Source: Marsupella aquatica
Lineage: Eukaryota; Plantae; Marchantiophyta
Assembly (NCBI GenBank): GCA_973895155.1
Contig: OZ316893.1
Coordinates: 4,578,977-4,642,976 of the forward strand
DNA: 64,000 bases
Direction: 5' to 3'
Below are positions 13,150 through 25,554 of this stretch, one piece after another (within the stretch, counting starts at the first letter, position 1; every line of letters starts with the position of its first letter). A program made the position numbers and the translations under genes. The notes below the pieces were generated by a model, which saw only the letters and a list, made by a program, of their open reading frames with translations, did not search any database and was not told the DNA's origin.

Positions 13150-16100
13150 AATATGCCAACATTAATGGCTTCCAATATGACAGCGTGAGTGACCCCACGT
13201 TTAGTCCTCAGATTGAAGCACCATTTAATTCACAAATGACCCAATGAACTCCCTTGTACCTCCAAAGAGAACCCCCCAATAGCCTTTGTAAAGACCACAT
13301 TTCCAGTCATTTGGTACTTCTGACCTCTAGTATGACAACCAAGATTACCCTAATTTGAGGTGTTTCCATTAATGACACACCATGAGGGACCTCTCTAATG
13401 ACCACATATGCAGTCAATTGCTCCAAATGACCTCTAACTGACTACCAAAATGACCCTTATTGTAGTCATTGACATTAATGACACACATTATGTGAAAATG
13501 ACCCAATGAAGAGTATACTACCTCTCGGAGTGCCCCTTTACAATTCCTTTGGAATTTAATAGAATATATCCAAAATCCAAATATTGGCACAAACATGACA
13601 TAGTTATATAGAAGGACATAGTCTTCCACTAGTATTGCACTATATACCTCTTGGAGAGACAAAAACAATTTTTGTATGCATGCCTTAGGATGGTATGCAT
13701 GCATGGTGACACTTTTGGCAAATCACTCCAAAGTTGTATGACTTGGGAGTGATTTCCCCAAGGTTGCATCATCCCTTAAGTAATTGCAAAAACATGGCTC
13801 CAAAGTGCTCATGGTGCAACTAGTGGTTGGAGAATAGTACGGTGGGTATAGTACCCCGCACCTTGTGGAGAGGTTGCCACCTTCATGTAGAGCCCCATGG
13901 CACACTAGGGCCACCTTAAGCTCCTAGACCCAAAAGGGTCATTTCTGATGGTACGTAATGACACCATGAGGGACCTCTATAATGACCCCATATGGAGTCA
14001 TTTGGCACAAATGACTTCCAAAAGGACTGCCAAAATGACCCTCACTGCAGTCTTTGGCATTAATGACACACTATTCCTCCAAAATGACCCAATGAAGATT
14101 ACAACACCTACTCACAATGCCTTAAGTCTATTCATATGCAAAATGGAGTATTCCCCATCCAAACACCGGCACAAACATGACACAATTACATCACAAGATG
14201 ACAACCTTCCATTGGTGTTGCGCTACTTCTTGGAGAGACAAAAAATGGCTCCATTTGCGCTTGGATACGGTGGTATGCATCCATGGTGACACTTTTGGCA
14301 AATCACTCCAAAGTTGTATGACTTGGGAGTGATTTCCCCAAGGTGCATCATGCCTTAAGTAAATGCAAAAACATGTGTCCAAAGTGTTCATGGCACAACT
14401 AGTGGTTGGACGATGATGAGTATAGTGTCCCGCACCTAGTGGAGGGGGTTCTCACCTCTATGTGGGGCCCCATGGCACTCTAGGGCCCACCTCCAGCCCC
14501 TAGCCCCAAACTGGTCATTTGTGCTTCTGCTTAATGATTGCACAAGGGACCCCTCAAATGACCACAAATCCAGTCATTTGACTTATGTGACAGCCCATAT
14601 GACAGATTTAATGACCCTACTTGTAGTCATTGGTATTTATGACACCAATTTTTTCAGAAATGACTCAATGAAGATTACACTACCTTCTTGAGTGCCCCAT
14701 CACTATTCATTTGCAAAATAGAATATTCCCCATCCAAACACCGGCACAAACATGACACAATTACATGGAACGACAACAGCCTTGCACTACTTCTTGCAGA
14801 GACCAAAAAAATGGCTTCATTTCCTTTAGATAGGATGGTATGCATCAATGGTGACACTTTTGGCAAATCACTCCAAAGTCGTACGACTTGGGAGTGATTT
14901 CCCCAAGATTATATCATCCCTTAAGTAAACACAAAAACATGGCTCCAAACTGCTAATGGTGCAACTAGTGGTTGGAGAATAGTAATTATAGTATTTGACA
15001 CCTAGTGGAGGGGTTGCGAGCTCTATGTGGTGCCACATGGCACTCTAGGGCCCACCTCCAGCCCTTAGCTCCAAATTGGTCATTCATGCTTGTCTTCAAT
15101 GACTGCACTAGAGACCCCTCAAATGACAACAAGTCCAGTCATTTGAATTATATGACATCCCATATGACCAATTCAATGACCCTACTTGTGGTCATTGACA
15201 CTTATGACATGACTCTGTTAAAAAATGACCCAAAGAAGGTCCTAGCACCGCCAGAGAGAGCCCGCTCTACATTCCTTGCAAAAATGGAATAATCGTATAC
15301 CTTTAAACATCAGACACATCATAGAGGGAAGCACCACTACCACACCCATTCCATTGGTGTTGCGCTACCTCTTGGAGAGACAAAAAAGGGCTTCATTTGC
15401 GTTTGGAATAGTGGTATGCATCCATGGTGACACTTTTGGCAAATCACTCCAAAGTCATACGACTTGGGAGTGATTTCCCCAAAGGTGCATCATGCCTTAA
15501 GTAAACGCAAAAACATGTGTCCAAGGTGTTTATGTCGCAACTAGTGGTTGGACAATGATGAGTATAGTGTCCCGCACGCAATGGAGGGGTTCTCACCTCT
15601 ATGTGGGGTCACATGGCACTCTAGGGCCCACCTCCAGCCCCTAGCCCCAAACTGGTCATTTGTGCTTTTCCTTAATGACTGCATAAGGGACCCCTCAAAT
15701 GACCACAAATCCAGTCATTAGACTGATATGACTTTCCATATGACAGTTTTAATGACCCTGCTTTTAGTCATTGATATTTATGACGGTCCATTGCTCACAT
15801 ATGACCCAATAAAGGCCCTGGTACCTCCAAAGAGAGCCCGCTTTAGATTCCTTGCAAGGTTGGAATATTCCTCTTCCCTAAACCCGCACCCACACCATAC
15901 AGGGAAGCACGACTCCCCTGCCCATTCCATTGGTGCAGCACCACCTCTTGGAGAACCCAAAAACAACTTTTATTTGCCTTTGTATGTGATGGTGTGCATG
16001 CATGGCAACACTTTTGGCAAATCACTCCAAAGTCGTACGACTTGGGAGTGATTTCCCCAAAGGTGCATCATGCCTTAAGGAAACACAAAAACTTGTGTCC

Positions 16101-17955
16101 AAGGTGTTTATGTCGCAACTAGTGGTTGGACAATGATGAGTATAGTGTCCCGCACGCAATGGAGGGGTTCTCACCTCTATGTGGGGCCCATGGCACTCTA
16201 GGGCCCACCTCAAGCCCCTAGCCCCAAAATGGTCATTTGTGCTTTTCCTTAATGACTACATAAGGGACCCCTCAAATGACCACAAATCCAGTCATTAGAC
16301 TGATATGACTCTCCATATGACAATTTTAATGACCCTACTTTTAGTCATTGGCATTTATGACGGGCCATTGCTCACATATGACCCAATAAAGGCCCTAGTA
16401 CCTCCAAAGAGAGCCAGCTTTAGATTCCTTGCAAGGTTGGAATATTCCTCTTCCCTAAATCTGCACCCACACCATACCCTAAAAGCATGACTCCCCTGCC
16501 CATTCCATTTGGGCAGCACTACCTCTTGGAGAACCCAAAAACAACTTTTATTTGCCTTTGTATGTGATGGTGTGCATGCATGGCAACACTTTTGGAAAAT
16601 CACTCCAAAGTCGTACGACTTGGGAGTGATTTCCCCAAAGGTGCATCATGCCTTAAGGAAACACAAAAACATGTGTCCAAAGTGTTTATGTCGCAACTAG
16701 TGGTTGGACAATGATGAGTATAGTGTCCCGCACCTCGTGGAGGGGTTCTCACCTCTATGTGGGGCCCCATGGCACTCTAGGGCGCACCTCCAGCCCCTAG
16801 CCCCAAACTGGTCATTTGTGCTTTTCCTTAATGACTGCATGAGGGACCCCTCAAATGACAATAATTCAGGTCATTCCACTTATATGACATCCAATGTGAC
16901 CATTTTAATGACCTTTCTTGTAGTAATTGGCATTTATGACGGGCCATTGCTCACATATGACCCAATAAAGGCCCTAGTACCTCCAAAGAGAGCCAGCTTT
17001 AGATTCCTTGCAAGGTTGGAATATTCCCAAACCCTAATCCCACAGCCACACCATGCTAAGAAGCACGACTCCCCTGCCCATTCCATTCGTGCAGCACTAC
17101 CTCTTGGAGAACCAAAAAACAGGTTTTATTTGCCTTTGGATGTGATGGTATACATCCATGGTTGCACTTTTGGCAAATCACTCCAAAGTCGTACGACTTG
17201 GGAGTGATTTCCCCAAAGGTGCATCATGCCTTAAGGAAACACAAAAACATGTGCCCAAAGTGTTTATGTCGCAACTAGTGGTTGGACAATGATGAGTATA
17301 GTGTCCCGCACCTAGTGGAGGGGTTCTCACCTCTATGTGGGGCCCATGGCACTCTAGGGCCCACCTCAAGCCCCTAGCCCCAAAATGGTCATTTGTGCTT
17401 TTCCTTAATGACTACATAAGGGACCCCTCAAATGACCACAAATCCAGTCATTAGACTGATATGACTCTCCATATGACAATTTTAATGACCCTACTTTTAG
17501 TCATTGGCATTTATGACGGGCCATTGCTCACATATGACCCAATAAAGGCCCTAGTACCTCCAAAGAGAGCTAGCTTTAGATTCCTTGCAAGGTTGGAATA
17601 TTCCTCTTCCCTAAACCTGCACCCACACCATACTGAGAATGCACCCACACCATACTGAGAAGCATTACTCCCCTGCCCATTCCATTGGGGCAGCACTACC
17701 TCTTGGAGAACCAAAAAACAACTTTTATTTGCCTTTGGATGTGATGGTATGCATGCATTTATTTGCAAATTAAAATATTCCCCGTCCAAACACCGGCACA
17801 AACATGACACAATTACAACAAAGCATGACAACCTTCCATTGGTATTGCCCTACTTCTTGGAGAGACAAAAAGGTTTCATTTGCCCCATGGATACGATAGT
17901 ATGCGCGCATCCATATATGATGACACTTCTGGAAAATCACTCCAAAGGTGTATGA
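13150..17955. repeat. Internal ~578-bp tandem array (~8 units) of CACTA element 1
   Basis: The anchor cacttttggcaaatcactccaaag recurs near 13709, 14289, 14856, 15431, 16009, 16586, 17165 and 17924 (diverged). Confidence 0.92.
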
Positions 17956-18039
17956 CTCTACAATTATGATAGGTGTCTGGAATGACTATTGAGTATTTTA
18001 ATCTTCATATCTCTTGGGTTCTTTAATGACTCTATAAGT

Positions 18040-18911
18040 AGTCATTTATGTAATAAGTCCATAATGACTGTATGTTATTGTAAACATTGATATATCCTGA
18101 TTTTTAGATTGCCCTATATTTAGTCATTTATGCGACAAGTCCATAATGACAGTATGTTGTTGAAAACACCAATATATCCTAATTTCAAGATTGACTGTGG
18201 AGTTAGTCATTTATGAGAAAAGTCCATAATGACGGTATGTTCTTGTAAACACTGATATGTCCTAATTTCAAGATTGACCCTAGAGTTAGTCATTTATGGC
18301 AGAAGTCCATAATGACAATATGTTGTGTAAACACTGATATATTCTCATTTTCAGATTGACCCTAAATTTTGTCATTTATGAGAGAAGTCCATAATGACGG
18401 TATGTTCTTGTAAACACTAATATGTCCTAATTTCAAGATTGACCCTAGAGTTAGTCATTTATGGCAGAAGTCCATAATGACAATATGTTGTTGTAAACAC
18501 TGATATATTCTCATTTTCAGATTGACCCTAAATTTTGTCATTTAACACCGTTGGTTAAAATGACGATAATACATTTTTTGTCATTTATCACCGTTGTCCA
18601 AAATGATGCAAATAGATTTTTGGTCATTTCAGTCATTGTCCAGAGTGACTATAATGTTGCTAAACACTGATTTATCATTGTTGTTATTAATTGTGTCATT
18701 TAAGACATGTGTCTAAATTGACCATTTAGGGAAATTGGGTCATTTTGGTCGCATCAGTCATTATAGACATTATACAAAATGACGAAAAAATTAACATTTT
18801 GTCATTTCAGTCTATTGGTCATTGTGGACAGTCATTCCCCCGTCATTCTTTTTGTGTCATTAAAACTTTTGGTCATTTATTCATCTCTGTCATTGGGTGA
18901 TTGGTCATAAA
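18040..18911. repeat. Right subterminal region: six 82-83-bp units, then GTCAT-rich sequence
   Basis: gtcattta starts at 18041, 18123, 18206, 18289, 18371, 18454 and 18537. Confidence 0.88.
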
Positions 18912-18932
18912 GGGCCCTGTTTTCTTCTAGTG

Positions 18933-20515
18933 GTGTGCCCAACATTTATGGAAGTGTGTCATAAAGTATTTTTTACCTAAGATGTGCTAATCTTGGCCGT
19001 TGACAGTCCTTGGATTAGTGAAAGGACTGGAGACTTTTTTGCCTCTTTCAAAGGTAGTCCTCAATCATGCAATCCACCCTAACTATAATTATATGTTGTA
19101 ACCCTAGACCTTGAGTAAATACCTAACAACCATTTTAATGACCCTACTTTTAGTCATTGGTATTTATGACTGAACTTTGTTTGGAAATGACCCAATGAAG
19201 GCCCTAGCTAGTACCTCAAAGAGAGCCCGCTCTAGATTACTTGCAAAATTGGAATATTCCTATAATTACCCTAAACCCGCACCCACACCATACAAGGAAG
19301 CACGACTCCCCTTCCCATTCCATTGGTGCAGCACTACCTCTTGGAGAACCCAAAAATAAATTTTATTTGCCTTTGGATGTGATGGTATGCATCCATGGTG
19401 ACACTTTTGGCAAATCATTCCAAAGTCGTACGACTTGGGAGTGATTTCCCCAAAGGTGCATCATGCCTTAAGCAAATGCAAAGGCATGTGTTCAAATTGC
19501 TAATGCCGTAACTAGTGGTTGGACAATGATGAGTATAGTGTCCCACACACAGTGGAGGGGTTCTCACCTCTATGTAGGGCCCATGACACACTCGGGCCCA
19601 CCTTAAGCTCGTAGACCAAAAATTGTCATTTATGCTGGTCCATAATGACACCATGAGGGATGTCTTGAATTACAACTTATATAGTCATTTGGTCAAAATT
19701 AATGACCTCTAATATGACTATTGACATTACCCTTATTGCAGTCATTGGCATTCTTCAATGACTCTACAATTATGACCGGTGTCTGGAATGTCTATTGAGC
19801 ATATCTCTTGGGTTCTTTAATGACTCTATAAGTAGTCATTTATGCAATGATTTCATAATGACTGTATGTTATTGTAAACATTGATATATCGTGATTTTTA
19901 GATTGACCCTATATTTAGTCATTTATGCGACAAGTCCATAATGACAGTATGTTATTGTAAACACTGATATATGCTAATTTCAAGATTGACCCTAGAGTTA
20001 GTCATTTATGAGAGAAGTCCATAATGACGGTATGTTGTTGTAAACACTGATATATTCTTATTTTGAGAGTGACCCTAGATTTTGTCATTTAACACCGTTG
20101 GTTAAAATGACGAAAAAATATTTTTGTCATTTATCACCGTTGTCCAAAATGACCCAAATAGATTTTTGGTCATTTCAATCATTGTCCAAAGTGACTATAA
20201 TGGTGCTAAACACTGATTTATCATGGTTGTTATTTATTGGGTCATTTAGGACATGTGTTTAAATTGACCATTTAGGAAAATTGGGTCATTTTGGTCGCAT
20301 CAGTCATTATAGACAAATGACCCAATTTTGGTCGCATCAGTCATTACAAACATTATACAAAATGACGCAAACGTTATCATTTTGTCATTTCAGTCTATTG
20401 GTCATTGTGGACAGTCATTCTCTCGTCATTCTTTTTGTGTCATTAGAAATTTTGGTCATTGATTTATTTTTGTCATTGGATGATTGGTCATAAAGGGCCC
20501 TGTTTTCTTCTAGTG
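18933..20515 (-). mobile_element. Right end of a second, same-family CACTA copy (probable outer element)
   Basis: One array unit (19130-19750), the same subterminal block with fewer 82-bp units, and an identical TIR ending at 20515. Confidence 0.85.
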
Positions 20516-20992
20516 GACTTAGTTCTAGTCTACTCTCTTATAAAGAGGGAAAAATCAGTTTGGTTTTTCTTTCCAGAACTTCTCGTTGAGCAATCATATT
20601 GGTAGCAGTCTTTACCCTCCCCTAGACCAGAGTCAAGGGGGAGATTGTTAAGATTTACTATTAGGTCTAGAGTTACGATTGTATCGTAGTTAAGGCTAAT
20701 CTTAGTTACAGACTTGGTTAGGTTAGTCATGCTGTGCACACTCTATAACCAAGCGGTGTTTGCTTGGAGAGTGGGAACCAGGCTCATTGTTACGAAGCTA
20801 GTTGAGAGATAAAGAGAGCTTGTACTGTGGATGCTTGGTATGGCCGGTCAGCCTAGAGTGCAGTAAAGCTCTTGTGTGTTCCCAATGTGGACGTAGCCCC
20901 ATGTGGAGGTGAACCACGTATCTCTCTGTGTTGACTCTTATGCGTTGGATGGTTCATGAGCTTGCCGTTGCGATTGTCGTCTATGCTCAACA
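20516..20992 (+). mobile_element. Ty1/copia 3' remnant: PPT plus ~347-bp LTR (20646-20992)
   Basis: tcaagggggagat-TGTTA is a typical copia PPT/LTR junction. The LTR-type motif ggacgtagcc...gaaccacgta is present and the LTR ends ...ctcaaCA. Confidence 0.75.
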
Positions 20993-21216
20993 CATACCCT
21001 CCCGGCCCCTTGCCCCCCTTCCCCCCTTCCCCCCATCCCCCCCACCCCCTTCTTTTTCCTTCTTTTTCTTTTCTTTTCTTTTCTTGTCTTTGTCTCACTG
21101 ATAAGACTGAGTGTGCACTAATTTTATTGATAATGATTGTAATATTTGCAATTAGACTCCTCTCATGATGTAGCACTTCCTATGCATGGATGATATGGCA
21201 TGGAGCATAATATAAC

Positions 21217-21373
21217 ATGGATGGTAGAGGGAGGAGCACTTTGTATGCATGAATAGCATTGATGGATGGTAGAGGGAGGAGCACTTTGTATGCATGAATA
21301 GCATTGATGGATGGTAGAGGGAGGAGCACTTTGTATGCATGAATAGCATTGATGGATGGTAGAGGGAGGAGCA
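21217..21373. repeat. 45-bp tandem repeat, 3.5 copies
   Basis: atggatggtagagggaggagca at 21217, 21262, 21307 and 21352. Confidence 0.9.
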
Positions 21374-21849
21374 TGGTGTGACATGGAAGGTAATTATAAA
21401 GGGGAAGACTTTGTACTTTTCTTGCTTGGAGAAGCGTGTTCACACCAAACATAATTAAAGGCATTCACCTTTTATTATACATAATTCACCCTTTATTATA
21501 CTTTATGATTATGCAATTTATTTTTCACTGTTAAACAGTGACACTATTTTTGGTGAAATAAATTATGTGTTCCAATCCAAATTTGGGAATGAATTTTTAT
21601 CTTTGCTGAAATTACAATTGTAACTAAGTCATAATTTCCTTCTTTGTATTTTAAGTTTTTGTACATCCTGTTTTGAGGGCATAGCGTCCCATTTTTAAGG
21701 ATAGAATTAGCTGGCTATAGGATCACAAGCGAGGAAAGATAGTGTTAGTAATGTGTTACTGGCTATTGGAACTGGGCTCAGGCGTAACAATGCCGATGAT
21801 GTGGTACTGACTATTGGCTCACGAGCAAAAGTAACTGTGAGTCATTTGT

Positions 21850-22007
21850 GAGGGATTTACTTGGTGGGACCCCAAATGGAAATGTTTTACTTGATAGGAC
21901 CCCTGAGTGATCCAGGCTGTTGATTTACCTTGAATAGACGGACCCAAACTTTCAAGGGTCCTATCAAGTAAAACATTTCCGTTTGGGGTCCCACCAAGCA
22001 AATCTCT
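21850..22007. repeat. Inverted repeat/hairpin (~46-57-bp stem, ~45-nt loop)
   Basis: 21861-21906 is the reverse complement of 21952-21997 with 2 mismatches. Confidence 0.9.
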
Positions 22008-24977
22008 TGTCATTTGTTGTTTTGCCCCCACACTCCTATTGTATACCAAGTCTTAGATTGTACTCGGGGTACATCGCGTGTGTAAGACATGGTAGTTAAA
22101 CTCAAATTGCATGTCTGTCATTGTAAATTCCCTTGCAAACGATTCCACGTATCCTTTGTCCCCGACCGTCCCACATAAACCAAACTCCATTTTTTTCTAG
22201 CTAAGCCTGAAACTGAACCAAGACTGATTGCCATGACAATATGATAAACTATCCATATATTGCACTTTTCTTGGCAGTCATAAAATACACCCTTGGAAAT
22301 AGCAGAACTGACACAACTAAAGGTAAAACTGACTCACATCTCCCATGTGGGACAATCACCCATTTTATAGAGGCTTTCCCTTTCATCTGAACAAAGATGT
22401 GGGAAAAAACGCGAAGTGTGTAAAGTGGACACTTCCCTAGCTCTGAATGTAAGGGGATGTGCCCCCTTGCATCGTTGATGGGTAATAGTAGACATTTACT
22501 TATGTTGCGAAGTTTGCCAGAAGGAAATTGTGTAACTCCCACACTTGGGTACTGCTGGGATTTTTCCACATCCCTAGCGTTGAAGGAAGGTTACCATAAT
22601 TTTATAAGCGGGTTATGCTTACCGGTGGTTTTTGGAAGCCCTATGTTGAAAGCTGGGATTTTGAGAAAATTTTGGAAAACACAAACTCTCCTCTTTACAC
22701 TTCACAGGCAACGGGCCTGGGGCAAATCATATTCTGAATCGATACATGAGTGGGGCAAATACTCTGAATCAATACTTGACTTTCAGTGCACTTTATCTGG
22801 CAGGTCATGCTGATGGGGATCAGCTTCCGAATTCATAATGAGCATCTAATGCGTGTACGTCTACTAATCCAACCAGCCAGGATCCGAATTTCGCAGAATA
22901 GTCGTTCTACAAGCGCAAGCAAAAAGTAAGAAACCTGGGTGGCACATGCACAGGTGATACAACAGCCTCAATTCGTTGACTACAGTAGAAAAATAATGTT
23001 TATCAATTGTGAATTCTGCTCGGGTTTTGAAAGACAATGGGAGATCCAGTCTTTGCTTTGACGATTCTAGCTCTATCTGCATGTATGTTCCTTTGTTCAA
23101 ACTGGGCTAGCTAGCCTGTCCTGCAGTATGTCATGTACTTCCCTTCTCTTCCTACCTCTAGCTCTTCCTGCTTCCCTCCTCTAGATCTATCTTGCTAATG
23201 ATTTTTGTGTCTGAATGCTTTTGCGCTAGTTTAGGTACGTGGCCTGGTTGGTGGAGGCTGGGTCTACGGCCCTCCCTTTCGGTGGCTTGGGCTGCTTGGT
23301 GGATATATCTAGCTTGGGCCCTGCATCCATCCATCCCCCGATCCATCCCTGCCTCCCCTCCTCTCTCGATCCCATTCTGACTAGCCCTAGTTGTGCTTCT
23401 GTACATAACTGGCCTGGTTGGTCCAGCCTGATAGACCCACCCTCCGCTTTTGTGGCTAAGGCCGGATATATGGTTGGTGGTCCAGTTTGGTCTCTCTCTC
23501 TCTGCCCTGCTGACTAACCATAGTCTTAGATAGCATGTCTGGGTATCTTGGTGGCTTGGTTCCTTCCATCGGTCCAGCTGGCCTGACCCCTCCCACAGGG
23601 AAAAACTGTCACATGCCCCTGTCGGAAATCAAATTTTTCCTACCTTATGTGTGACTTTTACCTAGTTTGATATTGGTGTTCTTAAATCCTACTTACAAAA
23701 AAGACAATAAATTAATAGAGCTTTGTATTTTCTTTTGGTAATAAGTGGATTTTTGCCATTCTCTTGTGTTCAGACAGGAATTTGTATACTTACCTACAAA
23801 CACTAAAACTGCTCATAAATCTTCAACCAGAGCATCAATTTGGGCTATAAAAATTGTGTCAATGAATTCTAAATGGGTAATCATGCATGAATCCTTACTT
23901 AACAGTCTACATAAACAATACACGTGCCTTGTTCCACTTAAAAGTATTAAAAGTACCCAACCTGGGGTAAAAGTATTAAAATTCCAACCTGGGGTCCCAC
24001 TTTAAATCAGAACTAGGAAAGCTCCTATTTTCAGAAGTGTGAATGTGTGCAATTCTACCACTTAGTGCGTTCTCCTACTTATTTGTTAAAATGATAGGAG
24101 AAACCTCAACAAAATGGGAGTATGTCCCACATGGGAAGGGGATAGATCTGCCTTGTGTAAGAGAATGCCAGTGCTCTTTAAAGTAACAGTCTGGCTCTGC
24201 AAGGAATATCCCTGGACCCGTCTTTAATCATTTGCGTGGTACGTGTAAATCACAAATTGCACTATCCGCTTAAATTATATACGCTTATATAGGACTGTTA
24301 AAAATTCAACCTCATGATCAAATATCTACAAATATTGCATGGTTTTAGTTCTAGGTTTCTGTGCCGTTCATTTTAGTTTTTTAAACTGTTGTACCTCTCA
24401 ACTCAAACGCTAGATTTCTACCTTTGTCCTACAGTAGCAGCTACTACTTGTTTCCAAGAAACATACACGATCTGTCGATTACACATAAGATTATTTATTA
24501 ATTTCCTAGCTATACATGCTACCGCCCATTGGTTTCTCAGTTGATGGGCTCTGTAGCAAAGTAGCTAGGCATTTTCATTCCCGTTTTCATTCTAGGTATA
24601 TAGCACTCGATCTTGCAATTCAACATTGCTGAACTCTTTCTCATGAAGAAATCCATTGAGTCCACTTCTAGCATCTGCCTCAATTATTGGGACACATCCA
24701 TATGTGGCAGGTTTATATGATTCATGCATTGAGTTCGACGATGTGGATATTTTTGCCTTCTTCGCTGCTCTTAAGTGTTTGCAAGGGTCAGCTTCATATG
24801 TATGAAACGATCCACAGTAAGAAGAAATTTTGGATGGAAGCCAACGGATATTTATTTTCAGCTCGTTCAAGCGAAGTAACACTCTTAGGGCATTCCCATG
24901 AGAGCTGAGGCGTAACAGAGAACCGTTGATCCTAGTCCGTACATGCTGGAAACTATCCTTAAAACTGAGTCACGTAC

Positions 24978-25554
24978 CTAAGGCGTACACGGAAGGATGC
25001 AACAGTCGTTCACCTTAACGAACAACTGGAGGTTGATGTTGAACAGATACAGTCCATCCTCCAGTGCTTTAAATACGCAGTCCACACAATAGAAAGGCAT
25101 TTTGGCTCGGTAGCTATCATCTGCCCACACTACTCTCTTTACTCTCGCCTGAGCATTGTAAAATGGTGTGGTAAATGTACATTCATAGAGCACATGCTGA
25201 TTGTTTGGATCTATTTGCTCGAGGAACCAAGTACTGCGTGTCATTTGGGGAACAAACTCCTTGACAACAATTGGGGTGTTAGGGGTCGATGCTGTTAACG
25301 CACTGGACGTCCACTTGGTTTTCCAAAACGTTCAGTAGGTCAAACCCAGGTGGATAACCGAGTTTGACACCCGCGCCTTCGTCATTCTCCTCTGCAGATT
25401 TATTGTCCAGTGGCACCTCGAAAGGTTGCCCCACAGATTTTCGGTCAGGTTCTAACTCTGCAACCACACGGGCATCCACAGACAAGTCCGGGCCAGTAGT
25501 GGCTAACGCAAGAAGCAGCACACAGGCTAGAAGACTGCGACGAAAGTTGCCCAT
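24978..25554 (-). pseudogene. Secreted cysteine-containing protein, S-protein homologue (SPH/Self-incomp_S1)-like, with a +1 frameshift
   Basis: Signal peptide MGNFRRSLLACVLLLALA, then N.L...V.VQC...W...LYECTF...VVW...CVDCVF....DGLYLFN. The two ORFs join if one base is removed from the C-run at 25282-25285. Confidence 0.5.

Larger units (their letters stand above)
1..18932 (-). mobile_element. CACTA (En/Spm) DNA transposon 'element 1', left end outside the window, potentially autonomous
   Basis: The right TIR gggccctgttttcttctagtg (reverse complement CACTAGAAGAAAACAGGGCCC) is at 18912-18932. Dense GTCAT/ATGAC subterminal motifs occur at 1-660 and 18000-18910. TnpD and TnpA-like genes lie between them. 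Confidence 0.92.

Noticed and set aside
13150-18560. Regular repeats as a CRISPR array, or their short ORFs as genes
   Set aside because: These are whole-unit tandem duplications without unique spacers in eukaryotic DNA. The ORFs are by-products of the repeat.
22100-24000. Possible further non-autonomous TE
   Set aside because: No convincing TIR/TSD or LTR pair could be defined by eye.
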